The notes below the pieces were generated by a model, which searched no databases, was not told where the DNA came from, and saw only the letters and a list, made by a program, of their open reading frames with translations. From Dipteris shenzhenensis (Eukaryota), in NCBI GenBank assembly GCA_047967505.1, contig CM106538.1: a DNA stretch of 64,000 nucleotides; one strand, given 5' to 3'. The position numbers were made by a program, and so were the translations under genes. Position 1 is the stretch's first letter. Each line of letters begins with the position of its first letter. Below, piece by piece: positions 39,096 through 51,536 of the stretch.

Positions 39096-41734
39096 CTCTG
39101 CACCCACAGTGTAGACAGGCTCATAGGATGTCTAGAGGTCGCTTGGTGACACAGGTTTCACCGGAGGCACTAATGCTGACAGTGTTTCTGCCGTGAGACT
39201 TCTATGATGAGTGATCATGACACTCCAGTTAGTTGATACACTACCATACAGATGGATCTGCAGTTTTGTTGTATGTACATTGTATTTTTGGTACTTCATG
39301 TGATGTACTACTATGGATTATGGGCTGTTTGTGCCTATTGTGACACCCTTTTCTATCTGCCGTAATTTTGGGACAGCAAACAAGATAGTTTGTTGTTTCA
39401 AGAGGGGGGTATGTCACGGGGATGTGGTGGTGATGGTGAAGTGTCCAAACTAACTGTCACTGAACCTAGGGTGCCAAGCTAGGGGCCTTAGTTAATGCCT
39501 AAAAGGTACCTATGATTTCATGTGCAATAGGTGCACTCCTAGTGCTATTAGAGTGGCTTCAGTTTCTAAGGTCATTGGTTTGGTTCAGTGGGGTCATCCT
39601 TTAAAAATTGACCCCCTAGAGATCCTACAAACTAGGGTAATTGGTTCCAAGCATTAGGGTCATGGTTTGCCAACTAACCGCCCAAGGGGCATTAAATTCC
39701 TACGTCTCATTTGCCATGTGTTTGTGTGTGGAGCTTGTGTGGCCTCTCTGCTTGCCTTGTGGCACTTGGGTGTCACCTCTGGAAGCCCTTCGAAGGCCCT
39801 AGAGCCCTTCCTTTCCCTTCCTTGCTGTTTTGAGTCTTCTCCCCTACCAGAGGAGCTTCTTTCTGAAGATGGCGGATTTCTGCAGCCTCCCTCTTGCTGG
39901 CTGAAGTTGATTTGGGAGCTTTCTTCGCAACAATTCTCCTTCCCTTGGTGTTTCCTGCTGCTGGCATGCTTCTTAGACTTGGACGCCTCCATTCTGGGCC
40001 ATTTCTGGAGGTTTTCTTGACTTTCTTTGTGAAAAAAGTCTTCCTTTATTACGTGTCATATTGGGAAATATCCCATATTCATTTTGGTATTCTAGTGTGT
40101 GTCTATTTTATATTTGTTTGTACTTGTGTGTCACATCAACACACATCAAGGAGTCTACATCAAGCTTATCAATGTGAGTCTTTCCATTTTGGTCTATTGC
40201 TCATTTCCATTTCCTTTCACTTTCATTATGTTTCCACTTGAGTATTATCTTTGCTTGCAGCATCACAAAAATGGGAAACGGGTTTGGGTTCTTGTAATAA
40301 GAAAAATTCCCAAGCTGCCTATGAGGTTGCATCCTACATAAACTACACCACCCATGAAACTTTGGCCTTTGAAACATTATGCGACAACCATGCTGATCTG
40401 ACAAAGATCACGGGACCTTTCCATGGCTTGGAGGGGGAACATGGCAGTGACAAAAGAGAGAGGAGGCAGGGCAGTTCCCAAAGGCTGAGGGGAAAAACTG
40501 GGTGGGCTGGTGTTGGCAAGGCCATACATTGGTCACAATGGAGACATCAGGTCAAGAAGGCTTAGGGTAGGAGGGAGGGACACTGTAGAGAATGACAGTA
40601 AACCAATGCATTGTCAATTGGCAATGAAACTCTCTTTCTTGAAGGGGAACTTCATAGCTTCGGTAGTAAAACAAGGATGAACTAAAGCAATATTGAAGCC
40701 CTTGGTTGAAAATTCCTTTTCAGCTTTTCTCACATTGTGGGTTTAAATCCCCAGTTGTGTTCCCGCAACTCCCTAGCCTACCCTCTCTCTCTCCTTCTCC
40801 CTCTCCCTCTCCCACATCTTTCTTCAGATATGATAAATATTACTGCATCTGAGGTCATATTCTTGGACGCCTCACATCTAGCTCCTGTCTGGTGCAAGGT
40901 GCACTGAGAATTGAGGTGTTGGTGGGCTGGAATCTTCATTCTGGTGGACGCCATCATGGCGGATCTGTTTCAGCTTGCTGGACCCTCTCTTTCATAGGCA
41001 GCTCCCTCCTACCAGAGCCTGTTGTCTGCTGTTCAACCAACTCTTGGGGCTGTTTCGGGCTGGAACAGGCTCTTTCTGTTGGCTTGATTCTTATCTTCTC
41101 TTTCTGCTCTATGCTACTGTCATTCTTGCTGAGATTTTGCAAGGTTGGATGCCCTGCCATTGGCCTGGAAGAGGATTGGGGCACTGGTTGTGATACTCTT
41201 TTCTCAGTAATTGCTTTGATCTATGTGAATGCATTGCTTGGCATGCTGTCATTGGGAGTTGTTCACGGGCACAGCCGCGGGTTGGCATTGTACTGGGTTG
41301 CACCTGTGGGTGAGCTCTTGAAGGGAGTCCCTTGTATTTGAGCTAACCAGTAATTAAATAAATACCGCAAGGGGCGCCAAGTGTTGGGGCCAACAGGTGT
41401 CACTTTGCATGCTTTTGAGTAGGGGCATTCTAGCCTCCTTTGTTTTAAATGGTTTAGTGATGCTATGCTGAGAAGTTATATGCTCTAAGTTTTGCTTGTG
41501 GGCAATGGCAACGGTTCAAGTTGGCTGTATTTCAGATTTGTGAGATAATAGTGTCAGTTACATTGCCCTTTGCCAGTCAAAGGCCGGTTACATTCGTGGC
41601 CTCTCTACCAGCTGCCGCACTGTTTTGGACGATTCAGGGTTTGGTTGAGGTCGTTTTTCAGCTTCTGCCTTTAATTCTACAATCGCCCACCTCTACTGCT
41701 GCTGGACGACACTCTGAACAGCAAATCCAGTGCT

Positions 41735-43045
41735 GAAATCTGAGAAAAATAGTCAGAACTGTGTTTTTTGTCCCAAAAGTCGAGTTTTGAAATTTCAGGT
41801 TGGATACTCAGTATTTTTTGGGACTTTCATGATAAGAGGGCTCATGAGTATTGCTAGGACACTTTCCTGCAACAAATTTTGAAAAGCCCTAAATATATGA
41901 AAATCCTAATTTTTGACAGAAACCCTAATTTTCAGAATGTAGGGCTTTTCTAACTTTTGCAGTCCTTTGGCACAATTGAAGCCTTTGACATGCAAATTTT
42001 TTGTGGATTTTTCAAAATTGATGTAATTTCATTACTATTTGGCATTCATTTGGGCATTCTGCCTCCTTTGGGCATAATTGCTCAAATTTGAGGCTCTGCT
42101 CCGATCTTGGTGACTCACATCTCAACATTTTGAGAGTCATCATGTGATTGCTCCTTGTAGCTGGTCCCATGGCCGACATCGACATATCATTCGTGGCATT
42201 CTCGCCATATTCTTCATCGACATACTTCTTCGGATCGGGATGTGCACTCTTATGTGCAACATCTACTTGGGGTCATTTACGGGTTCTCTGCTCTTGCTAT
42301 GCATAAAATGAATGAAATATATTTTTATTTTCTATGATTGGGTTCAATAAAGGTTCTCTGCCTTGCATAGTCCTCTTAAAATGATGTATTTCTTTTATTT
42401 TTATGGTGTGTAGCTCCATGTTCCTAGTTAGTCCTTGGAGTCAAGAGTGGGATGTACTGTGGGAGCCATGTATTGGCATTGATAGGTCTATATATAAAGC
42501 ATGGCATGTGAGTTCCAAGAAGTTGGTGCATTGGTTTCCTAGACCGCTGAGTTGGTCATGCATCCATGCTGAGACATGAGCCTTTGAGTCATGTTTTGGA
42601 TGTAAAGCCATGTGAGTGCTCAGTCCGACCTCTGAACTGTGCTTAGACTTCAGCCTTTGAGTTAGCATGAGAGCCATGTCTAGTTCAGACATTGCATAGA
42701 GAAGTAGATACTCTCATTGTCATGTTTTGTCCTTGGTTCCATTCCAGTAGTCACTCACCTTTCCTCCATGGGGGGGTGTTAGGAAATGGAGTCAAGATGA
42801 GTCAGTTTGTTGTTTTTTAGTGTGATTTCTAGTCTAGTGTATCTTATGGATGCCACGTGTCACATTGAGAGTTATCCCATATGCATTGGTGTTCATAATA
42901 AGAGCTGTACTTGTCTAGTGTCAAATCAATCAAATCAATCAAGTATCAAGCCTACAAGTTCTTTGGTCCACATGTGAGTACTTTCATTTTGTTTATTGCT
43001 CTTGTTATTTCATTTCCATTTCATTATGTCTCTCTTGGAGTATCA
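41735..43045 (+). mobile_element. 3' part of a non-coding LTR element (family of 51537-53818 and 60875-62590)
   Basis: Shares GACAGAAACCCTAATTTT and GATGTACTGTGGGAGCCATGTATTGGCA blocks; PPT ATGGGGGGG then TGTTAGG LTR at 42777; a related LTR fragment lies at ~40050-40245. Confidence 0.75.
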
Positions 43046-43063
43046 TTCTCTCTCTCCCTGGCC

Positions 43064-43101
<38 letters not shown>

Positions 43102-43599
43102 CATGAACATTTAGTTAGCTAGGCGTAACGAGCGGGAAGAAGAAACTTGGCGATGTAAGGACCAATCATATGTAAGCTTCAACCTGGGCACTGGTAGAAA
43201 AGAATGAAGCATCTACGAAAGAGAGTGCCAGAGGGGTCGATAATGCATCCCCAAGCCATATTGTCTGGCTGCCAAAGGAAAAGACAATAAAGTACGGTCA
43301 TCATGAAGTACGTCACTAACAACAATGATGCCAAGGCTGATCACACTGTAAAAATTGCAGCATCATTTCCCCCTTAAATATGGATATGAATATTCAATAT
43401 GTTCAAGCCACCATGCATCTTTGGGGAACATAGATGCCGCACAGAGGGTAATCTAATATTCTTATTGCCATGCTTTGAGCACTAGAAAGTCTCCATAATA
43501 GTGGACATGAAAAAAGGAATGTGTTTTTTATCAAACATTATCAAAGGCAAGAAAAAACGAATATAAGCCACCAAAATTGATTGCACAATTCGAAGCCAA

Positions 43600-44026
43600 A
43601 CACGAAGAGGTCAAGTGGCTAATTTCCAATATTCCAGTTTCTTCCTAAGCTTGCAAGCACCCAATCTGTTTGTTGAGAGCGAGTGATGTTCCATCCCAAA
43701 GGATAGCCAAGATGTCGAACATGCTGATTGGGCAAGACAGTTTCTCCCGCCCATAATACTCTATGCCAATCCTTAGCATGCAAGGGCATAAGCTTAGACT
43801 TTTGAAAGTTCACTTGCAAACCAGCAGCTATTCCATACAAGTATAAAGCCTTCATGAGTTGCGAAAGATCAGATTTTGTGTTCTTGGGAGTGAAGAACGA
43901 ATCATCAACATAAGCTTGCGCAATCATGGGCTTTCTTCCATGTATTTGCAGACCATGCAAGACATCTGTAGCCACAAGATGATCAATATAGCAGAGCATC
44001 GGATGAGTAGCTATGGCATCACACAC
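43600..44026 (-). mobile_element. L1-type LINE reverse-transcriptase fragment
   Basis: AQAYVDDSFF..YGIAAGLQVNFQKS..RHLGYPLG. Confidence 0.8.
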
Positions 44027-44710
44027 TTCTTTTTATAGTGAAAACTTTGAGTGCTTTGTATTACAAGATAGCTATCCCAGAAAAAACTTGTAAGCTGAAA
44101 TATCACATCAAGAGAAAATATCCATGTAGGACAAATATACATCATGATCTATGCATTGAGTTTGTAGACAATCGAACAACGATTGCTGCAAAGAACGACG
44201 AAAGAAAACAAAAGGAGAAAAAATTGGATCACCAAAGACTCTGTGGTTTCTAGCTTTCCAGAGAGTCCAAAGTGCCCAGTAGAGCGAACCCATATAAAGA
44301 ACAAGTCGAAATCCGGCCATCTAGGAGAAATCCCAAACAACCAGAAAAGCTTGCCAAAAGAAGCTTGAGAGAATCTCATTCTCAATCTTTGCCGAAGGAT
44401 GTTCAAGAAACTCCATGTCTTGGGGCAATGTCAAAAGATATGAGATACAGATTCCCTTGGAGCTAAACACCGACGATAGATAGCTGGAGCAATACGTCTG
44501 CATGATAAAAGCTGCCCAGATGGAATACCCCCCAACAGAACCTGCCATAGAAAGACCTGTCGTCGCACGGAAACCTTGGAGTGCCAAATTTGCTTCAATC
44601 TATTTTTCCACCATTTGACTGGATGATGCAAAGACCAAATCTGATTTGCCTTATCTGACACCCAGGGTGGTGATAGCAGAACTTTATAGAAAGAGGAGAC
44701 TGTTATATGA
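44027..44710 (-). mobile_element. L1-type LINE 3' end (zf-RVT region)
   Basis: KQIWHSKVSVRRQVFLWQVLLGGIP..RC...ESVSHIF; ALWTLWKARNHRVF; A-rich end near 44027-44037. Confidence 0.75.
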
Positions 44711-44746
44711 GACAGCTTCAATGAAAGAATGAACGAGTATAAAGGA

Positions 44747-44796
<50 letters not shown>

Positions 44797-44845
44797 ATAT
44801 ACATATGTATGTATTTGTGCACGCATGTGTGTGTACATGTATATA
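44747..44845. repeat. (CA)n and mixed TA/TG microsatellite
   Basis: Direct reading. Confidence 0.95.
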
Positions 44846-44862
44846 AAATTTGATAAGAACCA

Positions 44863-47800
44863 TGTCACATGGCTCTCAATGGCTTCTCGTCCTTTGGCTT
44901 GGTGTCTTGCATGAGCTAGTTGACATCCACAACATGGTTTTGCCATGCGGAGGCAGTTTTACAACAAGAGGATAGGCCCGTGGTATATTACAGTAGAAAG
45001 CTCAACGATGTTGAAAAGAGCTATTCAGTTTACGATAGAGAGCTACTCGGTGTCATCCAGGCATTAAAGCGTTGGAAGCCTTACTTATACGGAAGGACTT
45101 TCATGGTCAAGATAGATCACCAAGCCCTTAAGTGGCTTTAGACAATGCCTAGTTTACAATGGAGTGATCGGCAACAATGGTGGAGCCAGATATTCCAGTA
45201 GGTCGGGGAACGATAGAGTACGTCCCCGGCCAAAATAACCCCGTTGCCGACGCTCTAAGGCGAAAAGGTTCAATCTAGACCATTGAGAAGGCCATTGTGC
45301 TCGAAATCAAGGGAAAGGTCTTGATAGTATGAAGGCACAATATGCGGAGTCAGTAGAGTTTGGCACTCAGTTCCAGTTAGCCACGACACTTGCTCCAAGC
45401 CATTACTCATTAGAGGACGGTTGGCTTTTCTATAAGAAAAGATTATGTGTACTCAAAGACAAACGGTAGTTACTTCTTCATGATGCCCATGATGCCCTCA
45501 CCGGTGGTGGTCATCAGGGTATCAATGGTACTTTGGAGAAGTTAGTGCGCTATTTCTATTGGCCAAAGATGTGGAAGGACGCATACGGCTATGTTCAGAA
45601 TTGTTAGATATGCCAAAAGGTCAAGGCTTCCCACAAGAAAGCGGCAAACTTACTTATGCCATTGCCAATGCTCGACGGTCCTTTCCAGGACATAGGTATG
45701 GACTTCGTGGGACCACTTCCAGCATCCGCAGGTACACATAACACTGAATGTCTTACTATTGTTTGTCGCTTTAATAAATATTGTATGCTTATTCCTTGCA
45801 AACAGACGGCCAACGCTGAAGATGTAGCTCTTTTGTTTATCAAGCATTGGTATCCCATTGGAGGGTTGCCAAGGACCATCACATCCGACAGGGACTCCAA
45901 ATTCACGTCTAATTTTTGACGTGCCTTGTTTGATAATTTTGGTACTAAGCTGCAGATGTATAGCGCTTTTCATTCGCAATTGAATGGAGAGACGGAAAAG
46001 TATAATGGTATGGCCTTTGATATTTTAAAATCATATTGTCATGATGCTCTGGGAAAGTGGGAGTAGTTTCTTCTGCTTGTGCAGGCCGTTTTGAACCTTC
46101 AAGCGTTGGTCGCACACCTTATGAAGCGACATTTGGACGGTGGTTTACATCACTCTTCTTCCGGATGGTGTCTCCATCTCTTGAAGCCAACAAAACCACC
46201 GAATCGATTGCAGAGATTACGGAGTCCGTGAGAAGCCGCATCGCCAAAGCTCACGTACACGCACCAGGCTAACAAATCCAAACGAGATGTCCAATATAAA
46301 GAGGGTCAATGGGTATATTTATGCATTATCAAGCAAAGATTGAAGCAGGTGGGCAAGCAATGCCCTAAGCTGTCCTTCAAGAGCTTCAGACTATTCCCTA
46401 TCATTCAAAATGAAGTTACGCTTTTCGGACAGTTGGACTATGCACAATGTGTTCCATGTAGCTTGGTTGAAGCCGTATTTTGGACCTCCTCTTAGAGACT
46501 TTTCTGACGAGCAGGAACCTAAAGTTCTTGATGAAGACGAAGTTTTGCAGCCAGAGCAGATCCTTCTTCATAAATTCAAGCATGGGTCAAGATGCAGGAT
46601 CCGTGAGTTTTACAACAAGTTCCATGATCGAGGTACCCATGAAGCAGTGTGGATGGACGAAGACTTTCTCCAAGAATTTACACAGATTTTGGTGGACTAC
46701 TTGGAAGCAATGAATGTACCGCCAAGTTAAGGAGGGAATGTCACATGTACCCCTGCACTTGGGGGCAATGTGACACACTGGCTACATCGACAAGTGCATA
46801 ATAGCTACCTAATAGGAGATTTTGTCGTATGCTGTGATCCCTTTGTGAGCCCTTGTCCACAGGGATAGTCAGGCACAAGCTACGTACGTCAGTCTCTCAG
46901 CCTTAGGTCAAGTCAGAAGAACAGTTCTTGTTCACTGGTACCCACTGGAGAATAGTAGGTTAGTGTTTCCATCTTGGATTAGTGATAGGTCTATGTCCAG
47001 TCTAGGATAGGAGCCCTTTTGGGCCCCCTCAAGGCTGGAGCATGTGAAGAGGAATGGGTTGGGGAAGGGCTGCCTTTATAGGCTGCCCTGCACCCCACCC
47101 TAGGTGGGCTTTTATGGGGCAAAGGGCTTGCAAAGCCAGCCCACAGTCGACTGAAAGTCGTCCAGTTTGGGGCTGCTTGGCTCAGCCCCACTTATTTAAG
47201 GGGAGGCTCTTGCCCTCATTTCTCATTCAGCCCAGCACTCCTACAGCTCCACTCCAGCCCCCTCTTGAGCAGCCTGACAGTTCCAGAAGTTGGCCTCTGA
47301 CCAACTTCAGCTATTGGCCTCAGTTCAGCCCTCCTGGAAGGTGTTTACGTAGCGCATCAGTTGGGGTTTCAGATCAGCAAACAGAGTAAGGTGTGGGGTA
47401 CTGTTTCAGCAGCTCTTTTCAGTTATCCTTTACAGTTTGCACAGCTCACTTCTCAGTTCTATATTTCAGTCATCTCTCAGCTCTCTTTTAGAATCTATTA
47501 CTCCTAGCTTTCACTCTCTCACTTATGCAGTAACCCTGCATCCCGGTGGACAACACGAGCCTCTTCCTTGCCTTGCAGAAGTGCCCTAGTGCCCTTCATT
47601 GTTAGTGTGGACAGCATCAAGGTCTCGGTATTGGTCGGCGTTGCTTCTTAGGTCTTTGGGTCTGCTGTACGTGTACACTGTACTCTTCAGAAGCACGTGT
47701 CCATGCTCTCTCAAAGAGTGTTGTTTGTATTTCTTAGTTCTCCAAGTATAAAACAAATTCTCCCTTGATTGGGGGAGGGGTCCCTCAGTGGTTACAGGGA

Positions 47801-47935
47801 CCCAATCGGTTGTCGTCTCCATTCTCTCTCTACCCTTATCTCCTTTCTCTTTTTATGGTGCATAATGCTAATTTCTCGCTAAAGGTTTAAAGGTCTTGTT
47901 GTGATTACATGATCACATTGCCGTTGCATGTTACA
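44863..47935 (+). mobile_element. Internally deleted Ty3/gypsy chromovirus: 5' LTR stub, RNase H, integrase, chromodomain, complete 3' LTR
   Basis: TSD AACCA at 44858-44862 and 47936-47940; TGTCACATG at both 44863 and 46739; YYSRKL..YDRELL..DHQALKWL; IGMDFVGPLP; ITSDRDSKF; HNVFHV; PPT AAGGAGGGAA; 3' LTR 46739-47935. Confidence 0.9.
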
Positions 47936-48188
47936 AACCAAGTCTATGGCCGGGAATGCATGTCATGCTTGTGAGGATTTGGACCTTTTGAATCACATGC
48001 CACCCTCAGGTTGCACTACAGTTATCCTCTTACCTCCAAGCAATTGATGTAGTGCTCCATGAAGCATGACGATACATGCATACTCCTCTAGATATGCTGT
48101 CTACTAACTAGGATTTTCTAGTTCCACACAACCAATTACCATATACCCCCAATTCCATGCAACTACGTTTTAGAAAAGCAGATTCCTT

Positions 48189-50302
48189 CATGGCATTCCA
48201 AATATCCCAAAGTATAAGCAAAAAGCCTCTTTTTTGGAGCTCAGCCAAACTCGACCTTGCATCTAGAGTTGTGGTAGTGAACCAGGTTCTTTTGGCCACC
48301 GCTTGGTTTGTGTGTTCTTACTGGTGCCGGTCTAGGTATTGCATCACTTAGCTCATTAGACTAGTCAGGAATTTTTTATGAAGTGGACTTGATGGCACGG
48401 CAGATGTTGCAGTGAGGGTGGCCTGGGAGACCAATATTCTCCCTACATGTGAAGGGGGCCTTAATATCATTGACCCGGATTTGCAGTGCAAAGCATTGCG
48501 TGGTGGTGAGGGGACTCATGCCTGGGCAGGAACCTTGGAAGGATTTCTTTTTTGGACGCATTCAGGCTTGCACACCAACCTGGGGAGATGATTGGGTGGA
48601 CAGCCCTCACTGAATCTTTACTTATGCCTCTCTCAGATCTCTTGCCTCTCCTTTCATGACTGCCATCCTGAAAGCTTGGGGGAGCTTCAGGAACACTCTT
48701 CGAAGGGTTCCGCTGTCTACCCTCGAAGAGATTGATAGGCAGCCGATCATTTGGAACGATAGTATACTTGATGAGCATGGGAGACCACTGGGCACTTCCC
48801 ATTACATGCAGTGGTCTAGATGGGAGAGAGGCCCCGCCTCAGTAGGCACTTGGAAGGCTTTTATCAGGCTACCTGAGGATCAGAGACTACAGTATGTGAG
48901 TCACCTCAGAGGGGTAGCACGCAGGGTTCAACAGATAGATGCAGCCATCTCGGTTGAATGGATAGTTGAGATGCCTATTACTTCCACCACTTGGATGGGA
49001 GCTTTTTCGAGGATAGCAGTTCCTCTGCAGGTGATCGCTCTTCGAGGTCTCAAGGAAGATGCACTGGTCTTTGACGTTGGGGTTGGAGGTATACTCTCTA
49101 GATCCACGGATGATATTCTTTTAGAGGTTGCCTTTCAGCTTGTCAGGATTGCTGGTTTTGTGGACCATGGAGCAGGCTTGCAGTGGTACTTAGACCCTGA
49201 TCCTTTGCTCTTGGCCTGGGGATTCTGGAGGTTGTGATTATATGGAGGTGCACCTATCAGGTGCTTGCAGTGGAACCCAGGAGAGTGGGAGTGGATAGAT
49301 CATGGGCACCGAGAGAGGGGGATTCCCTTCTTTCGTTTCACGGTTGGTAATGCCAAGAGATTTCAGCTGAGCAGTAGGGGTTGGATTCCCTCTAGAGCCC
49401 CCCATTGGGACAACTTCTTCATCACCGCAGATTTGCGTAGGAATTTCTGGAGGAGGCTCTGGAAATTCCTCAGAATTAGAAAGATCACTCTTTCCTTTTG
49501 GCTTTCTATTCATGGAGGGATTGCAGTGAACTTGTGGAGATCACAATTTGGGGCTGATCCCACTTGCCGTCACTGTCATTCTGCAGAACGCGACATTGCC
49601 TTTGGGACTGCAGTCAGGCGAGGACTGTTTGGAAAGGGGTTGCTCGGATACTTAGCATTTTTCATACTTCCCCTTTCTTCATGACTTGGGGCTCGGTCGC
49701 ATGGTTATCCCTTACTGGGCCCCAGGTGTTTTATGAGGGTGAGCCTTCTTCTTGGGGACTCTCGATCTGCCGGCAGGTGATAGAGCCATGCTCTCTTCAG
49801 GATGTACCACTTACTCCCTTCAGAGCTTCGCATGCTTTAGTGGACACCTCTTGGGAGATTTTGGCAGGAGGAGGAGGGAGGAGGAGAAGGGAGGAGAAGG
49901 AGGGAGGAGGAGAGGGAGAGGATGGGTTGCAAGGTTGGAGGAGCATTTTCTCTTGACACATTTGGAGAGCCAGATGCACAGAGGCCTTGGATGACACCCA
50001 GATACACCCATCACAGGTGTTCACGGGTATTTGGAGTGACACGGTTCACACTTTGATAGCCATATGGGCTAGCATGCAGGGCCCTTCACGGGCAGCCTCT
50101 TCTAGGAGGACTGTATTTCTTCGAGTTTGGAGGGGTTCTCCCTTTTTCTCGAAGGTTTCTACCGGATTGAGATGGCACTATCAGCCCCAATCCTTTCTTT
50201 TTGGCTCTTGAGCTTTTCATGCATTGCATGGTGTATCCCATATGGACCTTGCTCTAACCGTTTTCTTTAATACTTAATAGAAGTCTCTTTTTGCAAAAAA
50301 AA
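48189..50302 (+). mobile_element. 5'-truncated L1-type LINE with poly(A) tail
   Basis: Exact 17-bp TSD AGAAAAGCAGATTCCTT at 48172-48188 and 50303-50319; LASRVVVVNQVLLATAW, GGLNIID, FWRRLWK..FWLSIHGGI..CRHC..HCLWDC; A-run at 50295-50303. Confidence 0.93.
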
Positions 50303-51536
50303 AGAAAAGCAGATTCCTTTGAATGTACCGTTTTGGCCACTATATTGTTCATTACTCAAGGTTTCACCTTCTCCAGCTTCTCTAGGATACCTTCCTTACC
50401 AACACGAGTGGTTTCATCCTACTTCTAAACTTCATTTGATTGAGTGTGTCCTCTCTCAACGAGAAGACAATAGAAAGGTAGATCCCACTGCCTCATTGTT
50501 AGAAGATAATGCATTTCTTTGGTGTCAAAGGTGCTTGAAACACGCAGAGGCATAGCATGCAATCACTTCAAGCATGTACTTTGTACATAGTTTGTGCTTA
50601 CCTGCGTTCAATTTTGACCTTAATAGTTTTCTTGTAAACTCATGACTCCCAATCCTCGTAACTGCCAAATCTAACTAGGCATCACATTCACCTCCTAGAC
50701 ATAGACCCACCCGTGAGCTGAAGGTCTAGGGTTCCATTCCTGAGCCCTGTCTCTGTTTAGACTTAACGGGACACTTCCCATATGGTATATATAAACCTTC
50801 ACAAGAGCTACGACTTTGCCATTGATGCACATGTTTTTATGGAGAGGACACTTCTATTTTAGGGTGCATGAAGAAGTACATACCTCTTCATGCTCACACT
50901 CTTTGCAGTACATACCCTTCCAAGAGTGAATCTTCACTTGGATTTTATGGAATCACATACTTCATGCATGTTGATTCAATTTAGAGTATTGAGACTTGTG
51001 CTCTGCTATCACCATAGTCACTTTCTACTCCTCATCTCATGAAGGATATTAGAACTCATCCCACGAAGGATATTAGATTACGAGGGTCTTATAGGGTATT
51101 AAAGCAATCTTTCATTGATACGTATAAAAAAATGACCACTACCTTCTACTCTCCACCTTATATTTAACCGTACTCTATATGGAAGAGATGGAGAGAAGAA
51201 AACAAAAAAAAACACATGTCAACCCACAGGACATCCATAGTCATCCCCTCAAATCACTACATGATGTGAATCGCACAATTAGACTCATGTGCATAGGTGT
51301 GCTGAACCAACGAGACACATAATCGTGAAGAGACGTACCTCATCACATAAGAGATTTATCAAGGTTGTAGATAAGTTTAAAATTGGCATCGCCTTAGGTG
51401 GGAAGTTTAGAGACAATTGAAAGTCATCTAAAAAGACGACAAACGATAACTAGCAAAGTGACACAAGGTAGCCAAAGAAAAGATTCCAAATGGAGGACTT
51501 CTCCATAAATGCGCTTGCTTGTTTGAAGGTGGGGGT

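Larger units (their letters stand above)
32101..40035 (+). mobile_element. Ty3/gypsy chromovirus remnant (integrase, chromodomain, PPT, partial 3' LTR) hosting copia copy B
   Basis: HAPPYVGHRG..YWP..CITCQ, GLLQPLPIP, IAMDFV, IVSDRDPR, AYRLKLP..HNAFHVSLLK, chromodomain remnant ~33290-33450; resumes at 39096; PPT AAGAGGGGGG then TGTCACGG at 39412; LTR end approximate. Confidence 0.85.

Noticed and set aside
40260-41735. Possible degenerate LINE ORF1 on the minus strand
   Set aside because: No diagnostic motif recoverable
50690-50790. B-box-like GGTTCCATTCC suggesting a tRNA or SINE
   Set aside because: No cloverleaf, A-box, tail or TSD
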